In this document: positions 36,641 to 49,759 of the stretch, piece after piece
Numbering within the stretch: the stretch's first letter is position 1
How the letters are laid out: every line of letters starts with the position of its first letter
From: Azolla caroliniana
Lineage: Eukaryota > Plantae > Polypodiophyta
Direction of reading: 5' to 3'
Length of the DNA: 64,000 nucleotides
Assembly (NCBI GenBank): GCA_043228905.1
Contig: JBHGNT010000004.1
Coordinates: 1,116,001 to 1,180,000, forward strand
Made by a program: the position numbers and the translations under genes
Notes under the pieces: generated by a model
Databases searched by the model: none
What the model saw: the letters and a program-made list of their open reading frames with translations, nothing else
What the model was told of the DNA's origin: nothing

Positions 36641-39600
36641 CATGTTCCTTTTAAAGATGTGAGCGAGATGAGGGCCATGCCATGCCTGATTCCTTTATGT
36701 TGAGACCATAAGGTCAGGTAAAGACTTGAACCCAACAACTATGAAGTAAAAAAATTGATTGGATAAAAAAAAGAGAACACCAAAACAGATGATTCTAAGT
36801 ACCTTTTTAACCGTTGGTAGAATATGAATAAGACTGCAAAAGCATTAACACATTCAGAGTCATTTTGCTGGAGTTATATATCATTTCTGATGCTAATTTC
36901 CTCACTAGGGAAGAGCATTAGATATATAACATACCAACTGGTAAACAACAGTCTTATGTAGTCATTCGGACACAGATTGTCCATCTGTCCTCTCAAGTCA
37001 GTTTAAAATGTTTTGCTTAAATATCTTGTAGCTTTTTGAGTTTTATTGAAATTCATGTTTATAAGAGCAGTATGCATCAAAAGTAACAATTGCGGAAAAT
37101 GGTGAACGCTGTAACTAGATAAAATATGCATCAGAAATCACGTTTCCTATACGGCTGGCTAGATTTTTAGGAAAAAGTTTAGGCTGGAGGGTTTTAATAC
37201 CCTTAAGCAGGTCATGGAGAGAAATCAACTGAATTCTACATTTAGATATGGCAACATGGTGGTGCATATGGCTGCAAGAGTAGCTTTTGAGTATTTGAAC
37301 AAATATAATGAGAAGAATTATTTTGTATGTATTTGAGGGTTACATCTTGATGGAGTAGTGCATCATTTAAGTGTTGCTCTTCTCCTTTTTCCAGAGTCAC
37401 TTACTACCATGCTTCAATTAAGATGTGGTTTATTTGATGTTTGAAATGCTAATATAGAATATGTGCATTGGTAACGTAGGTTTAACGTTTACAAGGATTG
37501 CTTTTATAAATTCATATAAAGAATCAATCGTGTTGTTGGTGATGTCATGCACACATAAAAAGAGGATTGGTAATTAAAATTTTGAATGATTGAATGAATC
37601 ATTATTAGAAAAGAAAAATTGAAAGTAATAGGTGAGTATGGGAACCATATTAATGATATCTGAAACATCATGAACTCCCTCTTGTTTTCCCTTCTCTTTG
37701 CAGAGATATGTTAGTGGAACAATACAATCATGCCATTTAAATTGCGTTTTATCATTTGTTTTATTTGAGGCTTTTTTTATTTATTGATTGATTGTCCACC
37801 TTGCTTGATAAACTTCCTATTGTGTAATTATGAGTAAATTGGTAGGAATTGGATAACAAAGTCAATCGTCCAACTGAATTGGGATTTAACTAACGTATGC
37901 AATTTGTAAATGCTAAGTTGCATGATTTTAATATGATGTGATGCGACTCTTCTTTAGCAAATGGAATTCAATGAGTTATACTCCATTTCATATTTTGTTA
38001 TGAACAATACTCTATGCATAATCATGGTATGTGATTAATGTCATACTTTTTGCGGAGGTAGAAAAAAGTTTGTGTACAGAAGGAATGGAATAATATACTC
38101 AAGAGAAGCATTGCATACAGTAAAGATTTGGTTAAGTGTGTGTCCACGTAACTGTGCATTTCTATTAAGTTCGCCTTTTATGGAGGGCAAAATTGAGATT
38201 TATTTTTTTTGTTTCATGACAAAATTGCATCAAATTAAGTGCAAATATTCAGAAACAATTATATCATTAATCAAAATTACATTTTTAAGAATTGTAATTG
38301 ATGTATATAGAATTCTAGTAGGAAAGATAAATATGAATTAATTATTGAAAAATTTAGATCTAGCATGTAATGGTCTAGGTGAAAATGTTGAATAATAATG
38401 AAATATAATTATATTAAATGCGTAAATTGTGTGAAATTAGAAGCGCATGATTCATAAAACATGTATATCAACATCTTTTTATTGGATATGATATCCTAAT
38501 CTATGGTGCGGTATTGATATATAGAGATTGACAAGAAGAGAATGGCTATTAGTGGAATAATGTCTTAACTAATATGAAGCACAAGTAGAGTTCATGCCAT
38601 TGTTGTCTAGCCTCAATATATATGTACCAAACAATTCAAAGTTTTCTTTTTGGAAGAGCCATGTTTTTCAAAGAAACACAATTTTTTTACTTTTATTCAA
38701 ATAAGGAAAAATAGCTTAAGGACAACAAATTAACCATCAACGCAATAACAAGTTAAGCAAGGACAACAAAGAACATTCCACCTAATAGCAAACTATCTAC
38801 AAAGCCAACACATTGGTTATGAGTGGCTTCTCTTAGATGTCCCTTGTAGCCATAGCTTATGGGTCACCCACTAGGTTGAACCACTAGGTTGGGTGAACCA
38901 CTAGGTTGGGTCACCCAATCTAGGACAATTGCATTGGCACATCTTTGATGCTTCCAAATCTCATCTTGAATACCATGAAGATTTTGTGAGATGGAAAAGT
39001 ATACAACTCTATGAAGTAATTTTCTTAGCTTGATCCTTGTACATAGTCTTTTCATGATAACACCAACTTTACAAAAGTATGAAGTTTTTGAAGATGATTA
39101 TAAGCATTAAGTGTTTTATAAACTTGACAAAATGTAAAAACAACATTATAAATCCATTCATTAAACAGAGTTGTATGTGTTAGTTACTCAGGTAGATGGT
39201 TGTTTCTTAAAGGTTTATTTACATGTTGGTTAACAATTATTGCATAGTAACTTGTGTCATAAAATTCATTGAATATTTGAAGATATATTTTTCTTGACTA
39301 TACATTCAATTAAAACAACTTAAATTGTATATGAGACCATTATCATTGTTTGTATGTTTGTCGTCGTAACTACTCAATCAAGATCCGTTACACAAGCTAC
39401 ATTTATAGTATACGAGGTAGAAGCCTTGAATAAACAAAAATGAAATAAATCCATTGCTTGTCTTGCCGATTATAAATCTCAAGACAGGCATGCATGAGCA
39501 ACCATGGGCTTGTAGTAAGCCATTGACCAATATGTATATTTGCATCTACTGCACAAAGGTGGTGGATACATGCATGTATTCTATGCACAAGCAACCTCAT

Positions 39601-39748
39601 TGACTTATATAGTAAGCCCTTGTCCAATAATGGTCTAATACTAGTTTGCATTAATTCTTCATATGCATTATAAATGAAGGATGCTTTATTATTTAATGGA
39701 AGTTGTTGGACGGAAAACAATGAGTTAATAGGGTTGTGGACCATAAAA

Positions 39749-39749
<1 letters not shown>

Positions 39750-39788
<39 letters not shown>
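39750..39788. repeat. (CA)n microsatellite
   Basis: Direct reading of the sequence. Confidence 0.9.
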
Positions 39789-39791
<3 letters not shown>

Positions 39792-39854
39792 TAGTATGAA
39801 CTATACATACCATATGTGCATTGACATTCGAGAATGTTTCAATCATTCGAGAAT

Positions 39855-40177
39855 TGAATGATGAGATGGAGATATTGTTCCAATTTTTATGTTATTGGGG
39901 TCTACAACACAATTGGAATATGCGTAATGCCTTCATGTTTGATAATAGACATGGGGTGAGCCTATATAAAGAAGCTTAAAGGTATTCTCATGTGGAATTT
40001 TTGGATGTTAGAGCATGTGCGGATCATTTCCTCAAATGCATATTCAAGTTTTTTAATAGCATTACAGAACGTCGCTCTCCCTACATAGGCATATGATAGG
40101 TAGAGGAGACTGAGAAGTGTTCTAACTAAGTGGATTTTACATACAAATTTACAATTAATATAATTGTGTGCTTTTAC

Positions 40178-40243
<66 letters not shown>
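39855..40243 (+). mobile_element. LINE 3'-end fragment of the same family as 22760-23760, followed by a long (GA)n tract
   Basis: Near-identical to 23434-23752 (atgatgagatggagatattgttcc...aattgtgtgcttttaccaaa), then (AG)n to about 40243. Confidence 0.85.
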
Positions 40244-40247
<4 letters not shown>

Positions 40248-40580
40248 TCTTCTAATATATACAAGTGACGTATTTGAAAGAACAATTAACATCTTTGGAT
40301 GTGTAAATTATTCTCAACTAGACCATATCCTTTTGTCATGCATGTTACTATTAATGAGTCATTAATCAAGGAATTTAAATAGGTATTGTAATCACTTAAA
40401 GTGAATGGTAGGTAAATAGTGTTAACCGTGAAATGTATATATCTTGTATAATGTATAAATAAATGAAGATTATAACTCTTATCTTCTATGAATCGTTATT
40501 GCTATTTAAGGTGTCCTTGACACATTCATATATAATTATGCATTGCAATGGCACCATTCGACAATAACTTTGTCCAAAAA

Positions 40581-41097
40581 TATATCTTCATGGCCACTCA
40601 TTTCAATGGTCCATGATATTCTAACCGGTACAAAACTCTTTCAAATATTCCTACTGAAACTAGTACAAAACCATATCAAAAGCTTATATTGGTCTTAGAA
40701 ACCAACTATAAAAAATTGTTGGACCCAGTGATATTTGATGAAAATAACATTGCGGTTGATTGGTTTAAATAACTGACATGGAAATAACATAGGACTACAT
40801 TTGCTTAATTATTCATATGACACCCATATATCTTCATGGCCAATCATTTCAATGTTCCGTGATATTCTAACTAGTACAAAACACTTTCAAATATTCCTAC
40901 CAAAACTAGTACAAAACCAGTAGGAAACTAGTACAAAACCACATCGAAAGCTTATATTGGTCTTAGAAACAAACTATAAAAAATTGTTGGCCCCATTGAT
41001 ATTTGATGAAAATAACATTGCGGTTGATTGGTTTAAATAACTAACATGGAAGTAACATAGGACGACATTTGCTTAATTATTCATATGACACCCATAT
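40581..41097. repeat. Tandem direct duplication of about 250-270 bp
   Basis: tatatcttcatggcca...ttattcatatgacacccata occurs twice; the second copy has an extra internal aaactagtacaaaacc duplication. Confidence 0.88.
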
Positions 41098-43858
41098 GTG
41101 TGGGTGTTCATTATTTGTCACGATTTGTGTCGATGACCTTTTTTATGTCCTACTCACCAATCAAGATATTTAGGTACGTGGGCTCAAAGAAAGAAAAGTT
41201 ATTTAAGAGGTCATCACAAGAATGTCAACATGATTTAATTGCAATCCAATATAGCAATTGTAGAAAAAAGTATGCCAAGTGTCTTTGTCAACCAATATTT
41301 GATACATGCTCATGATTGTTGATGATGTATTTAAACATTGTCCCCACATAAGGTTAGGCTAAAAGCCCCAACGTAAGGCGACATCATTGAAATATCCCTC
41401 TTAAAGAAAGACGTGCTAAAATATTTTCTAAGTTTTACAATCATAGAGTGATACATACTTTTACCAAACAACTTCATTTGGTGGATGGGTGCACCAATGA
41501 CTTGATGCCATAGTTGGTTGCAATTGTACATTGAAGATGTTTATAAAGTTGGGAGAGGTTTTTTGAAGTGATGTTCACAATAAAGGAATATACTGGGAGA
41601 AATTCTATCTTGTTTCTACATATCATTAAATGATAGTTTGATCTATGTGGTTCCGTGGAAGCCCTTGGTTGAATTTCAATAAATCATTGAGTTGGAATGC
41701 CCAATCTAGGTTAAGGTGGATAGTACCTATCTCCTTTATAGTATGTTATTCAACAAGATATGGAACGATCAAGTAAGGTGATTGTTGACTTGAGTGCCAA
41801 GACCCATAATCAAAATACCAATTGTACATGCTTTGACATATGAGTAAGAAGAACCTTACTACTTAGATTTCATTGAACCCTTAACGTATGTGAATTGTTC
41901 ATTGCCAATTGTATCGAGGATTGTATGTAGGTCATTTCTTTGATTGTGGCACATTCGAGACAACTTATGGAACTCCAAAGTTCGACAAAAATCACACGCT
42001 TAAAGACCAAATTGGTTTAGTTTATTTTGATTGAGCCCACGCTAGTGGTTGCTAGAAACTTGATTAAGTCACTCGATCGCCTAAACACACACAAGACGCG
42101 ATGGAGAGAACGAGAGAGAGAAAGAGAGAGAGGGTTTGACATACTTACTTGGGAGAATGCACACTACCATTTCCTTGTCTATGAGCATCACGGTTGGTAT
42201 TCCAAGCCACGTTTGCAAACCAAATAAAAAAAGGGCCTTTGTTATATGGCCTTTTGCCATGCTATCGGGTGAAGGGTGGTCAATTGGCGGACGTGTAAAC
42301 CCATGCTTGGTCTTGTATTGGAGTGCTACAAGAGGTCAAGGGCTTCAGTGTCATGGTGGTAAAGCAATGCAGGTCATGAGGAATCTCGCTTTTCGTGTAA
42401 ATCCCCGCATAAAGAGCTGGTGGGCAATAATGTAAGGCTTAAGCTACGAGAGGAGAAAGACGGATTGATATATATTAACTAATGTCTTTTAAGAGAGGCC
42501 GTAATATGGCCTATACAGAGATATTCCGGTGCTATAGTGGTGGTGACAATGTGTAGTAATCTGGGTGTTTTTTTGGTAAGTTTATGGTTGTCTCTAGTTA
42601 AAATACAAGCCACTTTGTAGGAGTAAAAACATATACGTATGTATGTAGAGAGAGAGAGAGGGGACATACGAATACGTATACATACATATACGCATCTATG
42701 TACTTGTATATATATACATATATATATATATATGTATATTTGTGGTTGTCTTTGAACACGTCCTGTAGGTTTTCTCCTTTCCTCCATTGTTCTCTGTATA
42801 ATTCTCTCGGCGATCTTGAAGGTACTCTCTCTCTCGCTCTCGTTCCCCCTCTGTGTAAGCTTTTTTTTTTCATGGCATTATTAGGGTTTCCTTGCATTTG
42901 CGTTTCTATTGGAAGTATTCAAACTAAGGAAGAGACATTTCCATTTTCTCTATTATTATCTTTTTAATGTACTTGCTTAGATCCATAGGATTTGTTTTTT
43001 TCTTAATCCACACAGCTAGATAAGAAGATGTTTCATTTGTTTTTGAATTTTTACTCCACTTAGCTCGATCCATCGATTTTTGATTTTTTGATGCACTTAA
43101 TCAGATCCACAGCTTTGTTTTTTGGCATCTTAAACGAGAAATATGTTTTTGATGTTTTTTTGGGGGTTATTAATGATGCTTTTTTTTCTGGTTATTAATA
43201 ATTTTGTTTTTTAGATGCTCCTATGCCAGATCTTTGTAGATCCATTTGCTAAATTAATTCCTTTTCTTTATTGTGTCTAGCAATTTTTTTTCCTGATTTT
43301 ATTATTATTTTTCATATGTTGTGATATAAGGCTATGCCAATATATTGAATTTTTCTTAACATCATACAGTACATTGTCATATGCAACATGATTATTAAGA
43401 AGAAAAACCGAGTAAAGAATGCTGCATTATTATTGAAGGAATTGAACTATGTCAAATTACTTGAATTATCATTTATGTTTTCATATGGTGATAATTATTA
43501 AATGGAAAAAACCCTTTCCATGTACAAGTTTCAACTTTTCTGATTTGTTTTACACGTTGAATTGTTATTGTTACTATCTAGTAATGCTATACGGTACATA
43601 ATTATTGAACAAAATTGGTGTTCATATGTTCATAAAGATTGTGTCATTAAAGTTTTCATTTTTAAGATAAAATTTGGTCATTATTAAGATCAAACAGAAT
43701 CTGTGCTCATATGAGCGGAATGCCTCTAAAAGTTTATTGTCAAAAGGAATGTGGTTATGAAAATAAAACCCTTTATCCGTTAAAATGCCTATGAGTGGAT
43801 ATATTGTATTACTATCATTATTATTTCCTTTTTCCGATCTATTTTTCTCTCCATGAAG

Positions 43859-46523
43859 ATGGCGTTGAGAGATGAACTTGACATTGTTATTCCAACGATC
43901 CGAAACTTGGATTTCCTCGAGATGTGGCGCCCATTCTTTCAACCTTATCATCTCATCATTGTGCAAGACGGTGATCCGACAAAGGTTATAAAAGTGCCCG
44001 AGGGTTTCGATTACGAGCTCTATAACCGCAATGACATCAACAAGATCTTGGGCCCCAAAGCCTCTTGCATCTCGTTCAAAGATAGTGCATGTCGATGCTT
44101 TGGCTATATGGTCTCCAAGAAGAAATACATCTACACCATCGATGATGATTGTTTTGTATGTCATGAATTTTCTCCTTCTTCCTAAGTTTTCTGGGGTTCA
44201 TGACAGAATTGACATATACATGTACATAGCATACTTATATTTGGGTATTTATATATGCTTTGGTTATATGATCTCTAAGAATTACATGTACACGATCGAT
44301 GATGATTTTGCTTGGTAAGCCATTATTTCTTTGTATTTTCATGTTACATGATGATATACTCACACCCATATACGCATGTGTATGTATGATAAAAACACCC
44401 ATGTATTTTAATGACTTTCCCAGGATACTCCAAAAGCCTACAATTTGCTTATCTCTCTCTCTCAAGAGATTATAGAGACCATGAGAAATTTTGTGAGGGA
44501 GATTGTAGAAAGGGAGAATCTGTAGTTGCCAGTTGGACAGAGAGAGGGACTAATTGTGGATGGCATTCTTGAAAATTGGGGAAAATGTGGGGTGTTTTGA
44601 AGGATAGTTTGAGAATTTGGTGAAAGCATGCATATTTTGGTAATTTGCCTAAACAATTATATATCTTATTTTCCATTGGCATAAAAACTGAAAAGCAAAA
44701 TGTATCTGGGTATTTGTAGGTAGCCAAGAATCCAGCTGGTGATGACATAAATGCTTTGGAGCAACACATAAAGAATCTTCTGACTCCATCAACACCTCTT
44801 TTCTTCAACACTCTGTACGATCCGTATCGTGAGGGTGCGGATTTCGTGAGAGGTTATCCTTTTAGTCTCCGTGAGGGTGTTCCGACTGCAATTTCTCACG
44901 GTCTTTGGCTCAACATCCCTGATTATGATGCTCCTACTCAGCTTGTGAAGCCATCGGAGCGAAATACAAGGTGAGATTTTTTATATTAAATTCTCCCTCA
45001 TTGTAAATTATTGGTGATTAAAACATATCGTCGTTTAAAACATTCCAAAAATGGCTTCTATTGTAACAAGCATTAAAAGTATACTTGTTTTCTCTAGACT
45101 TGAACCCACAACCTTGAGTTGATGTAGACTTAAGGTTACAAAACATGAGTGAAAACAACGCACATTAGCATTAGATCCAATTTCTCTGGAAACGAACAAC
45201 TCTTAAGAGTTGATGTAGACTGAAGGTGGAAAATGGTGTACATTAGCATTAGATCTGTTTCCCTTAGATTCTAGCTCACAACCTTAAGGGTTGATATTGA
45301 CTTAGATTATGAAGCACAAGTGACATTAGTAATAGCTATAGAAACAATGTGCATTAGCAATAGAAAATTAATGTACTGTTATTTATTTTTGGAAATGATT
45401 GTTTTGTCAGATATGTAGATGCAGTTATGACAATACCCAAGGGTACCTTGTTTCCTTTGTGTGGGATGAATCTGGCATTTAACCGAGAGCTTATTGGACC
45501 AGCCATGTACTTTGGACTCATGGGAGATGGCCAACCAATTGGGAGATATGACGATATGTGGGCCGGATGGTGTGCAAAGGTATACATATAACTGGTGTTT
45601 AAAAAAAAAAAAGGTGCATAAATGATTCAACGAGGATACTTGAAAATGTAGGGTGCATAAATGATTCAACGATGGTGTCTGAAACATGCTGAAATTTTGG
45701 CATATCGAAATCTTTATTAACTTAAAAAATTGTGGCCTGTGTGTGTTTATGGGGGACAGTGCTTTGAAGACTGTTTTATTCATTTTTAATATTCATAGTG
45801 TTTCTATTTTTTTATAAACATGCTGAAAATTAGGCTCATGTCATGTATGAAGGATGAGACCATATTACATGGCCTTTTTATAGAAAATTTACTATCTTTA
45901 AATCTGTATTTGTGTATGTGGGTCCTGGATGCATTTATAAATATCTTTTGATAAAGTTTCATGCATCATTGATTGCTTGCTACTTGGTATTGAGAAATGC
46001 TGACTTTTTGTAGCATTGCTTTTGACATTTCATTGGTTGCTTCGTGATATTTAGAATATTGGGATACCTTTTTGTTCTTATTGATTGCTGCTTGATTAAA
46101 AGGTGTAGACTTTTGTTTTCTTATTTTCAGTAAATCTCAATGTCTCATTGATTGTTAATTGAAATCAACAAAATTGGTTAGGTAATTTGTGATCATCTCG
46201 GTTATGGAGTGAAGACTGGCTTGCCTTATATTTTCCATAGCAAGGCAAGCAATCCCTTTGTGAACTTAAAGAAAGAGTACAAGGGTATCTTTTGGCAAGA
46301 GGAGCTAATTCCTTTCTTCCAGTCAGTGAAGCTTCCAAAGGATGTCAACACGGTCCCAAAGTGTTATTTGGAATTGTCAAAACTAGTCAAAGAAAAGTTG
46401 AGCTCATTAGATCCTTACTTTGTCAAGCTTTCTGAAGCAATGGTCACTTGGATTGAAGCATGGGAGCAACTTAATCCTTCAGAGGAAGTGGCAATCAAGG
46501 AAAATGGCGTCAAGAAACAATAG
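43859..46523 (+). CDS. RGP: UDP-arabinopyranose mutase / reversibly glycosylated polypeptide (class 1), about 352 aa
   Basis: Exons 43859-44155, 44720-44970, 45411-45579, 46182-46523 join in frame: [87 protein letters not shown]. Probable 5'UTR intron at 42822-43858; an in-frame ATG also exists at 43853. Confidence 0.95.
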
Positions 46524-47841
46524 ACTAGGACTTTAAAAAATTTATGTTCTTGTTAATGCAGCTTGTTTTTCTTTTCATTTGAATCATATTATTTTTCAGG
46601 CAAAAGCTAGAATTTGCGATAGCTAAGAGTGCTCTTTTTGCATAAATGGGGTGTGTGTGTCTGTCTTATTGAATATTCTAGATCGTGGAGTGATTAATCA
46701 AATTCTTTGATATGGGTACTTTGATATCAATCATTTTCATGATTACGTGGATGAGTTTTCAGAAGTGTAGCAAGGTTAACTGTATAAACTGGTAACACTG
46801 CCCTTAACAATACCATCTCCAGGGTGGTGTGACTTCTCGTGAGTTTGGAATGTATTGTGTGCACGAGTTGCTGTGTGGAGAAGCTCCACAACTTGCCTCA
46901 ATAGAGGAATGGCATCAACGAAGAGTACTAATGTAATGCAAAGCAATCATAAGTACACACATGATTCTTTCTTTGTGTTCTTTAACTACCTCTATCGTCT
47001 TAACCATTACATACACACTAACCTTGCTTTTAACTACCTCTGTCAAACAGTTGACTATATTCATGTGTTGATGAACTCATTTAACTCTTTTGATCCGAAT
47101 CTGTATTATTGTCAAGATTTGACATCGATGTTCCAATCAGTATCTCTAGCAATACCTCATTGTAGCCCTAAGGGTCACCCTTCTAGTTCACTGTCAATAT
47201 CTATGCATACTTTGCATTCAGACTTGACCATCATAAGGTCATTCATCCCAACTTTAGAAGAGGGATTCCTAGTAAAACAGTCTATGTCTAGTAAAACTGG
47301 GCACAAAATACTATAAGACAACAAGTCTATCTCTAGGAAAGGGTTGAAAAAGAGGCAGAAATTGAGGAAGGAGACTGAAGGGATAGAGTTGAGCTTAGGG
47401 TGAGTGTTTGGGAGGATGTATAGTGTGAGAATTGTGAAGTGCATGCTGCTTACAACATATGGAATAGGACATGCTCAGAATTAGAGCTAACAAAGGAGAG
47501 GTTTTGCAAGGTCTATATACCACAGCTTAGAACCTCGTGGAATCACTAACCAATAGTATGCAAGAAGATAAAGAAGGGATTAATTAGCGATGTGACAAGT
47601 GTTTGTTTATAGGTCATAATAATAACTCTAATCTCTCTTAAGGTTCAATTTTGGTCATGAAAAAGCTCTAAAGTTCTGGTGAGATCTTTATTCTATTCTA
47701 TTCTTGAATTTTCTCATTCTAATGACCTTTGAGTCGCTCATAGATTTTTTTCAGTTAATTTTCTTTGAATTACTCCATTCTAGTGCCATTTGATTTGTTT
47801 ATGGGTTGTGATTCCAATGTAGTTTGACTCACTAGTTGACT

Positions 47842-47901
47842 TATCATTATTATTATTATTGCATCCTTTGACTTATTATTATTATTATTATTATTATTAT
47901 T
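47842..47901. repeat. Interrupted (ATT)n microsatellite
   Basis: Direct reading of the sequence. Confidence 0.8.
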
Positions 47902-48479
47902 GAGGGCCAACTTACTTATCAAAAAATACCTAAGGAATGACTTTTATTGATGAAAGATTCAATATTTACTAATTGTACTCTAGTTGGAAATAACTTCAGT
48001 GGTCAAATACAAACTTAATTTGGTAAGTATTATTCTAATTGCAAACTCAATATGCACCAGTTATAATGACCCTAATCTCAGCCACCCTACTAGAGCGCAT
48101 AATACAATTACAACGAAACTAACATCAAGCTTTCGAAAAAAGCCTATTAGAGTGCACAATACAATTATGGTGAACTTGACATCAAGCCTTTCCAAACAAA
48201 ATGCATGAACACATTTTATGACGACTCTAACATCAAGCCTACCACTCAAGGCTTGACCTCCTAACACTAAGGTTATTAAAAGCACACACACATCATCATT
48301 ATACCATCAAATTTACTTTGAGTTAAAGTATGTTAACAACCTTTTTAGTGATCTCTAAAGTGGATTGATATTCCCTAATTCACTTGATAAGGTTATATTT
48401 GTTTTGGATATTGTACATTGAGGGTGATATATACAATAGGGGAGGGTTTGGTTTAATACATAACTAGTCCTACCCCTAA

Positions 48480-49500
48480 GCACGTGGAGTTGCAATATTG
48501 GACTTTTCTATGCATATGATGACTCACAACTTTCTTTATTGCAAACATGTGTTTGGAACTCACAACCATGGATAGTTGTCCAACATTTCATTGAGGGTGT
48601 AAGAGATGGGAGGATAAGAATTAATGCATTGTGGTGTTAATTGCTTAATGGAAGTATTCCATGTAAAACTGATTCTTCATATTCTCAACATTTGGTTGTC
48701 TTATGGTATGACACACTCCTTTTATGGGCACCGTTATCCCATATAGTCAAGCATTGAAATTCCGTGCAAAAGGAGTTACTCATGTCTTCATGATTATTAT
48801 ATTAGCATGGAAAGAAGAGATTGATCCCCCAACTTAATCACTTGTTTTGTTTTGGGGTAAATAGGCAGGAGATGGCACAAACTGCACTCGTTATTTTTAT
48901 GGGTACCATCATCTAGTAGAGAGCATTGAAATTCTCGATTATTATGTTTGCATGGAAGGAGAGATTGCTCCATTAGTTTAATCGCCTGTTTTGTTTGGGG
49001 GTCAAAGAGGTGGGAGATGTAGTTGATGCTTGATCTTAGATATATTAGATTTTGTTAAAGCAGGAGTATTATTATTCATCCCACCCAATTATAGATTTAT
49101 TTGGCAATGCCTTTAGAATATAAAATTGATGGGGGTCCTTTACCTATATAAACTGAAGAGCAACCATGGGTTGATTTGCTTTCATGGGGTTAAACTCAAT
49201 TTTTACAATCTCTTGTACCATTATTCCATTGAGTCTCTTTGATTTCATGGCTATCTTCTAAGGCTAAACAATAATGGAACGCACATAATTCTTATTCTGA
49301 TGGTAGCACATCTTGAAACATAGTTGACATTATGAAGTGTCACTTCTAACAAAGGTCTTCATTGGTGATTAGCCTTTGGGATTAGCTCTAAAGAGATGTG
49401 GACTAGCAACATGCAATGTAATCATCCCTCTTTATCAAATAATGCAATCTTTTTCAAACTCATTTAATGGAGGGGTGATTAAAGTTCTTCCTATGCTTGA
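48480..49500 (+). mobile_element. Degraded LINE remnant related to the 22760-23760 family
   Basis: attcatcccacccaattatagatttatttgg near 49075 matches tattcccccaaattatagatttatttgg near 22903; downstream similarity is patchy. Confidence 0.45.
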
Positions 49501-49759
49501 GTATCACTTTGGATGCCATTCGCCCCCCAACATATAATAACTATTCCAACCCACTTGAAGTTTAGAATCATAACGTTACACCTATTTGTCGATAGCACAT
49601 TTAATACTGAGATATTTGAAGCTTTACAACACTTGTATTAGTTGTCTATTGTATGCAAAAGGCGGGGTTTAGTGTCTTGGTTGTTTGTCCGCAAATAGTT
49701 AGCCCTCTAATTTGATAGAATGTTTCAAATACATCAACTAAGTGTTGCATATTGCGATG

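Noticed and set aside
46855-47444. 153-aa and 89-aa ORFs downstream of RGP
   Set aside because: No recognisable motif or supporting splice structure.
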